A DNA stretch of 63,586 nucleotides, the filler included, from Catajapyx aquilonaris (Eukaryota): assembly GCA_000934665.2 (NCBI GenBank). It is 3 parts of 3 records of this genome, joined end to end, with 100 filler letters (N's around TTAATTAATTAA, not from the genome) between each part and the next. Parts side by side here need not be neighbours in the genome. Positions count along the whole stretch, not along the records: positions 1 to 21,148 come from JYFJ02006132.1; positions 21,249 to 42,362 come from JYFJ02006133.1; 1 more part is not named here. One strand, written 5' to 3'. Numbering within the stretch: position 1 is the first letter of the stretch; each line of letters opens with the position of its first letter. A model generated the notes under the pieces. It did not search any database. It was not told where the DNA came from and saw only the letters and a program-made list of their open reading frames with translations. Both the position numbers and the translations under genes were made by a program. Shown piece after piece: positions 13,001 to 25,208 of this stretch.

Positions 13001-16000
13001 CTGCCATCTCTTAGATGGTGACTAAAGTACCATGACCTTCCCACAATCCAATGGGTGGGAGCAAAGCTGAGTCGAACATGCCAAGGCCATGCGGCTGCCG
13101 CGTCATCTTTCACGTAAAAAAATGCACTGCGTACAGGGTGTCCGTCAAGTCTGGACCTTTGGGAGTTTCTCAAAGGTACAGTGTTGTGGCAATATTATGC
13201 AACCATTATAACAGTGTATAGTGATTATGTAAACTTGTTAGGTCTATTGACGTTATGCAAGCCAAACGATTCTAAAAAAATTATGTCTGCAACACCCTGT
13301 AGATGAATTTTTCCGGCAGTTTACATTTAAAAGGACCACCACGAATTAAAATGATTAATTTTGGTGCGAAGTTAATATCACTCCTACATCAAATTTTGGA
13401 CAAAGAAGAAAAAACCTGCCCAAAAACCTGCCAAAAACTCCGCCATCAACAGGTTATAGAACTACTGATTCAAGTTTTAGAAGGTGTGTGACAGGACATT
13501 TCTTATAAGCACTTATAAGTACATTAAAAAAAATTATAAGTAGGCCTACATAAAGGTTATCTACAAGCACCCTTCAATTCCTAACAAAATACAGTAAAAC
13601 CCCAATATGATGAACTCGGGTAAGACAAAACTTGCATATGGGTGCAGGGAGAGTAACATGGTCCTTTCGAATGTGATGGAAAAACTTGCCACGTTAGAGC
13701 ATCACTTTTTAAAATTGTTACTTTAATGGCAGCAAGAAAGCAATGCAATTGTCCAATCAAGGGTATGATTGTTTTGGGGCCAATTAAATTGCACTCATGT
13801 TTCTTTAACATGTGTCCTAATTCTCTAGTATTTCACATGTATCTTGCAAATCCAAATTTCCACATGGGTTTTCCCCTTCCGTTAAACAGCTGGCTGTGCC
13901 ATGTCTGGCAGGGGGAAGGGGGTAAACTCTGAGGCAGTGTGTCAACAAAACAACAAAATTAGCGACTGGTAAAAAAGTCTTACTCTGAATATTACCACCC
14001 ACCTCTGTAAAGCTGAAGAAGAGTCCGATTCCTCCAATGACCTGGAAACCAACTCCAATACTCTTGTGCATCTTAGTCATACATGGATCGCATGTGCATC
14101 CACTTGTCATGTCATTGCAACATTCTCCAGATACAGGGGCAGGGCAGCAGGCTGGCACATCTTCACAAGATGGGTGCCCCATATCTTCATCCGCATCTTT
14201 CCACTTTTCAAAACCACAACACCCCAACATCCTCTGAGCCACGCTTCGGGTGTTATTGCTAGCACTTGACCATCCCTGGACAGAAAAGTTAAGTTAATTC
14301 TTTAACTCTTTAACTTACACAAATCAACATACTTTCTTAGCCAACTCCTTTTGAGTCGCTTCACTAACTGCTAAGCAAGCACAGGCAACGCTGAATTGCA
14401 CCAGGAAGATCAAAAACAAGACTACCATGTACTGAAATCTCCAGTTAAGATTTTTCATCAGTGTTGTATGAGATGACAATAATCATATGAAAAGGATACG
14501 AAGAATAGAAGCACCTGGTGGTGCTTTATGGCTCCCAGAAGGCCAACAATAGCTACAATGAGAAGAAACACTCCACATGCTATGATGCCCCCAACAATTG
14601 GAAGGCTGTTGACTGCCTGAACTCTTCCCCATTCAGCAACTACACCCACCAGTGCAAAGGCCACCACCTGCAAAAAACACAAAAATTATCAGTCAGGGTT
14701 ACTGGACTGTAATATGAAGTGTGTGGAGAGCGTTATCAGTTGTTATTCATGACTCAGACTCATATGCATTGCAGCTCTAAGTTCAGGGTCAAAATTCCAC
14801 ATGTGCAGTCAAGTGTGATAGTTATACATTTAAATTAGACAGAAAGGATGCCGTCCCAAAGGAATAATTTCTCCTCAATAAAGTGCCTATGTGAAAGCAC
14901 CATCATTCTTGCACAAATGCAAATGATTTACACACACTGACAGTTATACAAAACTTTGCCCAAACCATTTTCATCCAAATAAGACAACTTGTCCAATGAT
15001 TTTGCCTTAACACATTTCATCTCATGGAATTATAAATAAATAAATAAATAATAATGGATACCCCGTGATAAGCCTCCTTGGGCTTTTTAGGGGATCATAT
15101 TTTAATTGACTGACTTTAATCTTGCCTTTGCTGTGACGGATTTTGATAGTGGGAGGAAACGGAAGAACCCCGAGAAAGCCCACGCAAACACGGAGAGAAC
15201 CCATCGAAACTCTATCCACATAAGTATCCTCTGTCCGATCCAGGGATCGAACTCGGGACCTTGGAGGTGGAAGGCTGCGGCACTAACCACTACACCACCG
15301 TGCCGCCCTTCATCTCATGGAATTCTCATACAATTTACCATTTCTTTAGAAGACAAGATATAAATCCTCCATTCAGGATCTACCTTCTACTGTGCCTTTT
15401 ATTTTGCACAATTTTTTTTAACAAAATCATGATTGCTGCAAAAGAATTCCACGAGACTAATAATGTATACTTAGACGAAATATGTTGGAGAAAATTGTCA
15501 TTTCGACAAGAATTCCTTTAGACAAAATGGCTTTTAATGCACTGGATAATATAGCTTCAAACGAAAGTAGCTTTGGTGAAGTGGTGTATCACAATTACAG
15601 TGCTGGAAACACTGCCTTTACCCTGGCACATAGTGCACATGCAAGAGAACAAGTGGAAATGTGCCTGAGCACCACTTGATGCATGCATGCTTCTATCTGC
15701 AACCACTTGCCTGACCGCTTGGCACTGCTGCGGGGGCATAACATATAAGGCAGTTTATTTCAGAACTGTACAATCATGCATGAATTATTATAGGTGCAAG
15801 GTATGGATCAAAAATGGGTAGAATAATGATTTGGATGGCAGAACTGTAGCTTCTTCGTATGCAAAGTTGCATACTGTAAAATTGTTTTATGATTGGTTTT
15901 TCCTCCAGTCAGTTAAAATAATGCTTGTAAGATTAGACGTAACAATCCATTGCTCTTCCGTCAATTTTCGACTTGTTAAGTTAAGAGACAGCTGCCGACT

Positions 16001-16346
16001 ATCCACTACCAATAAAACTATAATGTTCACTCAACAAGTCTACCATTACAACTTTAGTGATTAACATATACAGTCACTAATGGTAGGGTTTGTACAGCAG
16101 CTGAACACCATCTGACAGCCATAATGGAGTCAGCTACCGAACATACAAAAATGCAACATCCTGACACAAAATGCCACAATGATCCGTTCCTTCCGGTGTT
16201 TTAATTACACCCTTATCAAACGAAACAATCGCCACGTACCGTTCCTCTGATCAACGCAAATATATAATCCCCCCGCCATGACTCACTATGTAAAGGATGT
16301 TGAGCGCCATAAGCGCATTTTTGGAACAAGTAAATCCTCCACACAT
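10022..16346 (-). CDS. TSPAN13: Tetraspanin-13/31 family protein (Tsp97E-like), 224 aa, 5 coding exons
   Basis: Exons 16287-16346 ([20 protein letters not shown]), 14500-14667, 14333-14431, 14003-14275 (CCG motif, [11 protein letters not shown]) and 10022-10096 ([24 protein letters not shown]). All phase 0 with GT-AG sites; both termini are diagnostic of TSPAN13/TSPAN31. Confidence 0.95.
10253..10536. mobile_element. PIF/Harbinger-type MITE
   Basis: Imperfect TIR AGCCCCATTTACATGTGGG / CCCACATGTAAACGCGGCT with TAA on both sides. Confidence 0.75.
10541..11810. mobile_element. Degraded TIR element (Kolobok-like ends) enclosing nested insertions
   Basis: AAAGGGTCACTGACAC at the left end versus GTGTCAGTGGCCATTT at the right end. 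Confidence 0.4.
10675..11690 (+). mobile_element. MER2/Tigger-like (pogo) MITE, split by an inverted-repeat insertion at ~10741-11445
   Basis: The 3' half (11446-11690: ACTTTATATCATCTCTAGAT...AAATAGTTGTTATATTGTATTGT...TGGTTGAAACTGCGGATATGAATCCTGCAGATAAGGAATGCCAACT) and the 5' part (CAGATACCAAAA...AATGGCGGAGTA) resemble the MER2 consensus as I recall it. The insert has TIRs TATTACCTCACTTAAA / TTTAAGTGAGGTAATA. Confidence 0.6.
12110..12884. mobile_element. Old Harbinger derivative with MADF/Myb-like remnant
   Basis: TTA on both flanks; imperfect TIR GTGCCAGTTCACACGTCAC / GTCACGTGTGGACCTGCCC; internal [13 protein letters not shown] resembles a MADF domain start. Confidence 0.5.
14432..14499 (-). 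other. U12-type (minor spliceosome) GT-AG intron, 68 nt
   Basis: 5' site GTATCCTTTT, branch site TCTTAAC close to the terminal AG, and no polypyrimidine tract. Confidence 0.9.
15032..15308 (-). mobile_element. tRNA-derived SINE with V-domain-like core and 16-bp TSD
   Basis: A-box TGGTGTAGTGG, B-box GAGTTCGATCCC, core GTTCTCTCCGTGTTTGCGTGGGCTTTCTCGGG...TTTCCTCCCAC and (TTTA)n tail. TSD TTCATCTCATGGAATT at 15016-15031 and 15309-15324. Confidence 0.9.
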
Positions 16347-16787
16347 GGTGCTACTGTGCGAGGCAACCGATCACTTCTCCTGAACCTTCCTTCGGGAGTC
16401 TGACGCAAAAAGCAGGGATGACCGAGGTGTCTCTCGAAGGAGAGAACGTGCAACAGCGTATATGCCCAGCGCCAGCGACCGACCGAACGAACCTGCAGCA
16501 CCCAAAATGGCCGCCACCTGACTGATCGCCTGACACGACTACTTCATCAGTTGTCGATATCATCCAATGATTCCAGGCGTTCTTTGCCCTTCAGGCTTAT
16601 AATTTAATATTATTTTTGAATAATAATTGAGGTTTTGGCTTGACCTTTAGCCAAAGTTGAACCCATAGGTTATTGGTTAGGGATGCCAGGAAGAGCATGA
16701 GGATGGCATGGCGGCCTTCTTATCCGTTGTTTCGTCAAGGGCATTGGTCTTTCGATTGGTAGTGTGATTGCCCTTTTGTCGTTAGAC
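16347..16787. promoter_or_regulatory. Bidirectional promoter / 5'UTR region between the tetraspanin and SLC25A39/40
   Basis: Divergent ATGs separated by 441 bp; YY1-like CAAAATGGCCGCC (16503-16515) and ATGGCGGCC (~16708); CCAAT/ATTGG at 16564 and 16672. Confidence 0.6.
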
Positions 16788-17088
16788 ATGGACAAGGAGT
16801 ACGACGCGACCACGTCCCAGATGATGATTTCGGCATGTTCTGGGGCACTTCTCACGTCCTTGCTAAGTATGGTGTTCTTGGGTTGATATTGGCATGGCAC
16901 TAATTGCGCCTGGATTTACAGTGACTCCACTGGACGTTGTTAAGATCCGGTTGCAGGCACAGGAGAAGCAGCTGACACAACGCTGCTTTCTGTACTGCAA
17001 TGGCCTCATGGAACATCTGTGCCCCTGTTTGGCCAGTAGTAATGGTTCGAATTGGTACCAACGGCCGAGTCAGTTTTCTGGAACGATG
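16788..17088 (+). CDS. SLC25A40: Mitochondrial carrier SLC25A39/40 (Shawn-like), first two coding exons (partial gene)
   Basis: Exon 16788-16866 (MDKEYDATTSQMMISACSGALLTSLL), 55-nt intron, exon 16922-17088 (MTPLDVVKIRLQAQ...CFLYCNGLMEHLCPC...FSGTM). Contains the carrier signature and the Cys-rich loop typical of SLC25A39/40. Confidence 0.92.
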
Positions 17089-17252
17089 GCAAGTATATTC
17101 ATGTGGAATCAGTCACTCCAAGCCAGCAAATGTAATAAGGTGAAATGGAGAGAAGCAGATTCATTTTTCGTCATTTTAAAAATGCGCTTAAATGTTCCAT
17201 ACTTTTTAAATTGCATTAAGCAGACACCAAGCAGATTAAACTGCATCCTTAA

Positions 17253-17535
17253 CCCTGGAACCGTGACGTGCCTGAAAGTTACGGCAACAGTGACGTGGGG
17301 TCGTTTAGGAACCTATCCATATTTTAATTGTTATTAATTTTTATATCATACTTGTCAATGTATTGACTATATGCAATCATTCTTTGAACAATGGCTAAAA
17401 TGATCGCTAATTCAAAATAAACCTGCACTTCCTGTTATATACTTTTTTTAAATGGCAAAAGTTCATTGTAATGATCATTTTAATGCATTTTAATTTCTTT
17501 GGGGTCCTAAAAGAGCCCGCGTCACGGTTCCAGGG
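17253..17535. mobile_element. piggyBac-type MITE
   Basis: Perfect 16-bp TIR CCCTGGAACCGTGACG with CCC/GGG ends and TTAA TSD on both sides. Confidence 0.9.
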
Positions 17536-17889
17536 TTAAGATTAGGGTTATTGACGAGAAACTGTGACTTCTGCACTAAGAAATATAACTCATGCAGCCT
17601 GCTTTATAGACCAAGCTTAGGCTCTTAACCTTGTGTTATCAAGACCGTACTTTTTTTTAGACGAACATGGTACATTGCCCGCTGGGCCATTGCTGATTGA
17701 AAGATGCTTTCTAGTGGCTGCCAATATCCATTTTTTAAGTGCTCAATCAATGATAGGTTATCAACTAGTTTATGCAAACAAAATCGATACCAGTAATCTA
17801 CAGTGCAAATATACTTTTAATTGTATTTAAGCCATAATGCCAATTAAATGTGGCAATTCACATTGCGTTGCTTTTGGCATGGGTTAATC

Positions 17890-20364
17890 CAGCGGTTCTC
17901 AAACTTTGCCACATCGGGCCCCCCTGGAAAGTAATTCCCCCCCCCCNTTTTTTTTTTACATCCCCCACCCATCTATGCACTAGTAAGTATTTGGTAATTT
18001 GGTACGTACAGTACTATGTCCATTCCTAAGCTATACTTACTCCTGTACTTGCCAAATTAGTGCGACTTGTGCGCCTGTTTACTGTCACATAATTTTTGGA
18101 TTCGGGGTGGAATGTTGCTGAGAGCCACTCGGAGGTCCTTTTCGACGTTCAAACGTCTTCTATACTTGGACTTGATGGCGGCCAGTGTTGAGAAACCTCT
18201 CTCGCATAAATATGTCGTTGAAAACGGCAGCAACACCTCTACGGCTTTGGAAGAAAGTTGCGGGTATTCTTGACCTCTCTTGATCCAGAATTTGGCTAGG
18301 CTTGCTGTCGTCGTAAATTCGTGTTTCAATGCACTGTCTGCAGATAAATCTATCAGCTGCTCTTCTTCCTCCGTAGGAAGTCCATTGTCCAATTTGCTTT
18401 CAAAAGGGTTCTGAATCCAGGCGTTTAAGCTCATATCAATCTTGAAGTACTCCTGAAATTTCTCTTCCAGGACGGTGAGGTGACTCACAATCACTTCCCC
18501 TATTTGACACTGATCTATTCCGTTCCTTTTTGCAAAAATATTGACATTGGGAAACATGTCATATACCTCTTGCTGAGCCCTGGATTTCCACATTTGCAAT
18601 TTGCAAATGAAACCAAGTTTTTTCTCCTGAGAATGCAGAATGTTCATGTTATCTCCTTGCAAAGACGTGTTAAGCGCGTTGAATTTCTCGAAGATGTCAG
18701 TCAAATAAGCGAGCAACAAGAGCCAACGATTGTCCAGCAATAAGTGGGATGTGGAATAGTTATTTCCTGACAAGAAAATCCTTATTTCTTCTCTGAGTTC
18801 AAATAGCCTTGTGAGCTCCTTCCCACGAGAAAGCCACCGTGCTTCGCAGAAGTACAGTAGTGTGTCGTATTCTGCTCCCATATCTACACAAATCAATGAA
18901 AACAGTCTGGCTCTCACTGGCGCATTTTTAATGAAATTCACCATTTTCATTACTTCTTGCAAAACTTCATTCAGCTCTGCATTGATCGTTTTCGCTACGA
19001 GAGCCTCCCTGTGTATCATACAGTGTGTCCAAACACAGTGCGGAGCAACATTTTTGACAAGTGCTTGAAGGCCCATTCTTTTACCCGACATTACTGGAGC
19101 CCCATCTGTGCAGATGCCAATGCAATCTTCCCATTGCCAACTATTTTCGTCAAAGAAGGAGTGCACAATATTGAACAGTTCCTGAGCTGTTGCACGGCGT
19201 TCGATGGGTTTGCAAAAGAGAAGTTCCTCACTTAAGTCCTCTCCTGACACATAACGCACGTATGCAATTAAATGGGCATCACTTGCAACATCCGTTGCCT
19301 CATCGAGTTGCAAGGCAAATTTCTTCCCCCTTATGGTCTCAGAGAGTTGTTCAACATCTTGTGCCATGTCACCTATCCTCCGAGAGACAGTGTCATTGTA
19401 ATGAGGGATTGTTTCCAATTGTTTGGCTGCTTCTGCACCAATCATTGTCTTTACTAGTCTACAGCTGCTGGGAGAACCAATGTCTCGGCAATGTTGTGTG
19501 GTTTCTTACTTTTTGCGACATGGAGAGAAAGTTGATACGACGCTAGCAATGCCTTCCTCGAAATCGAAGCAGCTGATGTGAATGATTTTTTTTCAAGCTT
19601 AAAATGACTTAACTTACGTTCAAAAACTCCACAGGCTTATCCTTCAAACCACTATGGTTGGTTTCAAAATGTCTCTTCAACTTGTTAAGTTTCATGCTGT
19701 CTGCAGCCAACACTTTCAAGCAAACTACACATTGGGGTCTTTCTTCGCCTTCGATAATAATTGTGCTCGTGAAACCCAGTCTCAGATAGTTCTTGTCGTA
19801 CTTCCGAGTCTTTGAATAACACTTCTCACGTGAGCTTTCCTCGTCCTGCTTTCCTCTTGCTCCCGCTGGCACTGGCACCAACACTGAGGTACCTATCCAT
19901 CTATAATTCAAAATTCTATATCGTTATTGTTATTCGCTATATTGAGACTACTCAAGTCACTACTGCAGGACTACTGACCGAGCTATTGACAACAGAGAAG
20001 TGTGGCTTTGGACTGACTCCTCTGAAGGGAAAACACGGCCATGTGGCGTCGCCACAATGAAGCACCTCGCTGCCTGGGTATCTGGCAAGATAACGTGAAA
20101 CATGTGCGGCTACCTGGCGGCTCATGTGACTCTCGTCTTACTTATGACAAAACAACATCCGCTTTATGAGCGGTCATGATTCATAGCCGGAAATAATATT
20201 CCATCCTCTCTATCTCCGTTGCTCGTTACTCGCCTTTTTAAAAAAAATACAATTTGTACATGCCACAATCAGTACAGTACAATTCTGCATCGTGAGGGTA
20301 CGTACGCACGCCACCGTGCCCCCCCTGAAACCCCGTAGCACGCCCCACAGTTTGAGAGCCGCTG
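17890..20364 (-). mobile_element. Full-length Buster/Charlie-family hAT transposon in an SLC25A39/40 intron
   Basis: TIR CAGCGGTTCTCAAACT / AGTTTGAGAGCCGCTG; 8-bp TSD GGTTAATC (nnnTAnnn Buster pattern) at 17882-17889 and 20365-20372; encodes a transposase. Confidence 0.95.
18057..19911 (-). pseudogene. Frameshifted hAT transposase (ZBED5/SCAND3/Buster-like)
   Basis: ORF 19609-19911 holds the zinc-finger region (RKYD..YL.LGF...PQCVVC...KLKRHFETNH). ORF 18057-19445 holds LQLDEATD, CTDGAPVM, HCMIHREAL, RWLSRG and TTYLCERGFS. The two are separated by frameshifts/stops. Confidence 0.9.
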
Positions 20365-21148
20365 GGTTAATCTGATGTTGACATACCCAGTGGTGGGCAC
20401 AGCAAATGGAAAGTTTAGCTTCGCTAACCACTAATCCACTAGCTTAAAAAAAAAAAAAAAGAGTTGACTTCAATAAATTGCTAACACTAAACAGCTAGAA
20501 AATTACCAGAAGCTAACACTAACTTTTATTTTGTGAATGTAATGTTTTTTGGCTCTAGGACCCTTTAACCCTAATAAGACAGGCCTATCATATGCTGATA
20601 CGGTAGCTTTAAAAAATTCTGCTGGCAAAACTATAGCGTTTTCCCACTATGTTACGTGGTTTCCATGTGGCTTTTTAAATTTTCTCTCACGTGAAAAATC
20701 GCGAGTTTTGGACTACAAAATCTTGCATAAATAAACCGGATTAACCAGATTAACTTGAATGAAATCATCTTTTTGCGGCAACTGAAAAATAAACTTCGAA
20801 AAGGGAAAAAATCTGACCTTGGCGGCAAAGGAGGAGGCACAAAATATATGGGCGAGTGGCCTTCCGTTCGATTTGCGTGAAAATTGGATATGTTGTACCC
20901 CAGACGATCCTGATCAATGTTAGATAGGGGCATTTCGAGGTAGGACCTACAGGGAGCATGCTAATGACCTCCGCAGGTAATAGGGGGAGTAGTAGACTAC
21001 AATAAGTCTCAGGAACTCAATGGTTATTGCATTAAATTATCTATTAATCTTTATTACCTATTCATCTGGTTCAAATTCTACTCCTTGAAGGTTGTCATCT
21101 GGAGTTTCCTGCAGGTGCACTTCAACATTCATTGGGTCAATGTAAGGA

Positions 21149-21248
21149 NNNNNNNNNNNNNNNNNNNNNNNNNNNNNNNNNNNNNNNNNNNNTTAATTAA
21201 TTAANNNNNNNNNNNNNNNNNNNNNNNNNNNNNNNNNNNNNNNNNNNN
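21149..21248. other. Artificial contig linker
   Basis: 44 N + TTAATTAATTAA (stops in all six frames) + 44 N. Confidence 0.98.
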
Positions 21249-22421
21249 GATTTGCATAGCGAATAACAGGAGAGACAGACATACGTCTAGAAATATGTAT
21301 TAGATGACCATATACAACGTTTTACATCATGAGCTTATTTACAGGGAATATTACAGGCTATTGCAAGTTGCGTATACGATGGTGCACATGGAATGGTATC
21401 CGCATGTGTTGACACTTGCAGTTCCTGCAATAGTGTTAAGAACATTGAGAGCCCTGTAGTACAGTGGTACATTGCGTTTTCTTGGTTCCTTTCTGTTTCT
21501 GCCCATAATTGAGTGAGACTCGGTGAATCTTCTATTTCTAATTCAATTGATTAATCATGTTCAAAGACACAAGTTTATAGGAAACATAATTCAGTTATGC
21601 ACATCTTTCCGGTCTGGAATTGCAGTTGCAAAAGCATAGACTACGGGATTTTGTTAGAAAAGTCCATAGGTGTGGGATGAGATGTCAGACACTTCTCATA
21701 CAACAATCTTGAACCACATTTAGCAATGTCCTGGGAACTCAAAATTACGCAAAATATATTCCCATTCTGTTACTTAATATTTTGTACAATAATTATTGCG
21801 CATTTTACCCCAAATATTACAGTAACTATTCATGGGCTTTCTGTGCCTGAAACAATAAACATATTTTATAGATTGTTAGCATGTAATAATACGAAACATA
21901 CTCTTCGGCTACCTTCCCTTTTGAATTGGGCACTTGGATTGTGCACCACTCTGAGCAATGTTTTCAGAGAACTTTGAGGTTATTACTTTAGACACAGCTA
22001 CGAAAAAAATTTGGTAATTTCCATGTTACTAGATGTATTCATGATATGTCTAGAACCTCCGAATTGACTGCTGCATTGTTGGCAAATCCGTGGATTGATA
22101 TCCAGATATTGCCACATTATTTCTTCTCCAGTGACAAATTTCAAATAGAAAAGTATAGCATTGAAATAATTACCATCACTGGAATTTGTTCTTCAAGATG
22201 CGATAATGAGGAAATAATACCTGAGCATCAATAACAAATGCGTTAACAATACCAACCTTATTGTGGGACCTCATATGACTAATGCATATGCGACTCTGGG
22301 TTACTTCATTAATTAACAGTAATTGCTGTAATTAATTGGCTTTTCTTGAGACTTGCCTCTTTGTATACAGGATGTGATTGTATAGACACAAAGCAAGACG
22401 GTCAAATTTTGGGACATGCAT

Positions 22422-23729
22422 TTAGTTTAGCTGTTTTTCAACATCTTTGAAACCTTCATTGTATGACAGTAATAGTGTCTTGGATGTCGGTGCCAGTGCC
22501 GGTGCCGTTGCCACTGTCGATGGCATCTCAGACTGGCATGATCTTGAAGGGGGCTGCAAATAGTGAAAACAACGAGAGATGTTAAAGAACAATAATACAA
22601 CTACACAAAATGTAATAATGCTTCTTTATTGCTGAAGAAAGCAGATTTAAACAAATCATCGTTCATCTGCGTTACAGAGTCACATTGCAGCCAGTTGTAA
22701 AATATTTAAGTACTTTTGAGAAATGTCACGTAAATAATTTAATTTTTGTGCCTATTGACCTTTCTGTGCACGCCTCTACAGGCTATTTTAGTAAATGACA
22801 CATCAGCAGCAGTACGTAACAGTTTCTTAACTGGATGGATATACTCATGATAATGTCAGTATGAAATGTAATGAGTCATTACATATCAGTTACTTTCCTC
22901 GTGAGTCAAATCTCTATTGACGGGTCCTACTGTGAGTGTCAAGGAAGTAATACGTAATTGAGAGTTGTATTACATATGTAGCAAGAAAAAAAGCATTATT
23001 TTTACTATTAGACTATATATCTAGAATGGTGCAGACAATAAACAATTTTTGCCCAAAAAATATCAGTGTAATGTTGGAGAAGCATGTGATTCAATGACTC
23101 ATTACATATGAGTACCTGCTTGCATCAGCTGCAATGAGCAATGAATATCTTAATTATTTTGTTAAGGGTGACGAAATTAGAACAATTTCTTACCTTTGTA
23201 CACACCCATTGTGTTGGTGGCCGTGATGGTGGCAGTCCAAGAGCTCCATCAGGAGTGAAGGGAGGCATTTTGACATGTTCCTCCAATTTGTCGCAGGCAC
23301 GAAACAAAACGAAGAGAGGGCAGCACACAGTGGAAGTCCTTACAAGAAATGAAGTTTTATAAGGAAATATTTATCCATAATTAGATTAAATGTGATAGGG
23401 TACAAATGACACTTCACTTGAAGTGCAAATTATCTACTGTCTGGCCCTGACTATTTCACGTATGCCTGGCTCAATACCAGGAAGGAATTTTAATCACTCT
23501 GTCAATGAGACTGGCCTTTGTTTGCATCCGCATTGTACCGGCGAACAATAACATGCAAAAAGGAATGTACTTACGAGTACCAGCAGCAAGCACCCAAGCA
23601 CTCATGCCAGGGATTCTCAGGTTCGCAATCCAGGAAGAGATGTTGGCAGACCCACAAAAAGGCTCCACAGATGAGGCAAAATGCCACCACAGCTATCACC
23701 AACATAACATCAGTTTCAGATGTCCCCAT
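22422..23729 (-). CDS. Orphan Cys-rich membrane protein G1, 143 aa, 3 exons
   Basis: Exons 23575-23729 (MGTSETDVMLVIAVVAFCLICGAFLWVCQHLFLDCEPENPWHECLGACCWY), 23194-23338 (TSTVCCPLFVLFRAC...Pro-rich) and 22422-22553. Intron phases 2 and 0 join into one open frame; donors GTAAGT/GTAAGA. Confidence 0.7.
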
Positions 23730-24126
23730 TTGTTACAGTCGATGCTCTGCGGTTAAAATGTTGCAGGTAATTGTGGCAGCACCAAAAGAGCCGTCTTTAG
23801 TGTGTTCTGGTGGTATGAAGCAGTCAAAGAGTAAACCACAAATAATGACTAATGGACCAATCGTCATATGATTTTCGCATGACCTCACTTCTTTTTGTCC
23901 AAAATGACTCCAAAGTGATGCAATAATGCTGACAAATTGTCGTTTGTGTAATATATAAATGTTTATTAGACAATGTTCCCACTATTACCAAGTTCATACA
24001 TTGCACTTACAAAAATTATCACAGTCCGGACACTACTTTGTGAGAAAATTTAAGTCACATCAGCTTTTCAGGTGAGCGATTCTTAAAATGGAAGACCCTC
24101 CTTATAATTATTGCAATTATTGGTAA

Positions 24127-25208
24127 CTAAGCAGTTGGTACTTGTTGCACTTGTTGCGCTTGCTGTTCATTTCTCACTGCCTGTTCATACGACGGTGGAG
24201 GAATGGACCAGACATACAGCCATGACTTGTCATCTGGAGGACTCCATGGTGGGGGAGGAGTTCGTGGTACTCCCTGAAAAATACATTTACCATTAATCTT
24301 GATTGTAATGTTATCTCAACGATTGAGAAAATTTGCATCGAAACAATTATTGCCCACAATTTGAATATCACGCAATACGCAAACATTTCCCAATGTGCAA
24401 ACCCTTAGCAATAATGTTACATAAGAGGCTCAAACATTTTAACCAGTGAGTACGTGAAGTACATTACCTGCTCTACTGATACTTGAAGAAGATCTGATCT
24501 GATCTGGTTTGAACGTGCGCTGCTGCTCCTTTGACGGCGGCATTGGATGCATCTTCGGCAGAGGATTAAAAGCAGGAGTCCAACGACCATTGCAGCTGAA
24601 AATGAAAGTTGCTTTCATTAGTATCTGGTGAGATTTTGACTATTGCTTACACGAAAATCGTCCACGAAAGGAACGGGTTTCAAACTCCATTTATAGTACA
24701 TACATGCAGTACATATGCTATTAGTACTATCAGCGTCATAGCTATCATTTTTTGGTAAAAATAACATGTGGTGTATACTCTTTTTCTAATCAATGATAAT
24801 GGCTTTGTGTACCTTATCCCAAAAGTGTTTGTTGAACCTATGAGATTTTATGACGCACATCTGATATGGAAAGCAGGCCATAGCCAGAACTATGAAAACA
24901 TCGAGAGTAACGAGTATTTGGCGATATCAGCATTGAAACGAACCCAATTATTCAAAATACTGTACCTGCTTAGTGATGCAGTTAATATAAATATTGGGCC
25001 ATTACTTTCACATTACTAAAAAGCCAACTTCATTACCTCCTACAAAGGTGTATATTCTTGTCTTATTCCAGATGAATGATGGTCCAGTACAGCAGATGTC
25101 ATTATTGGGTGGACAGCAAAGAAACTGGCCATTTGGCCAGCAGCCTCTGGACGCTCCAGTACATGATGCCGATGTAAGTAACACCGTTTGATTGGTATCT
25201 GCTTCCAT
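24127..25208 (-). CDS. Cys-rich ectodomain / single TM / PPxY protein G2 (WBP1/VOPP1/CYYR1-like architecture), ~148 aa
   Basis: Exons 25037-25208 (N-glycosylation sequon NQT, C..C..CC..CC), 24468-24595 (AMVVGLLLLILCRRC) and 24127-24273 (PPPWSPP, IPPPSYEQA). Phases 1 and 0. Start codon not certain. Confidence 0.8.

Noticed and set aside
12313..13173. 286-aa minus-strand ORF
   Set aside because: Crosses transposon boundaries inside a tetraspanin intron, has no recognisable domain and starts at a non-ATG codon.
17089..17337. C-terminal part of ORF 16894-17337 as carrier protein
   Set aside because: Homology ends at FSGTM; the rest is intron and piggyBac MITE.
21351..21506. 51-aa minus-strand ORF MGRNRKEPRK...
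   Set aside because: No splice, paralog or motif support; consistent with chance.
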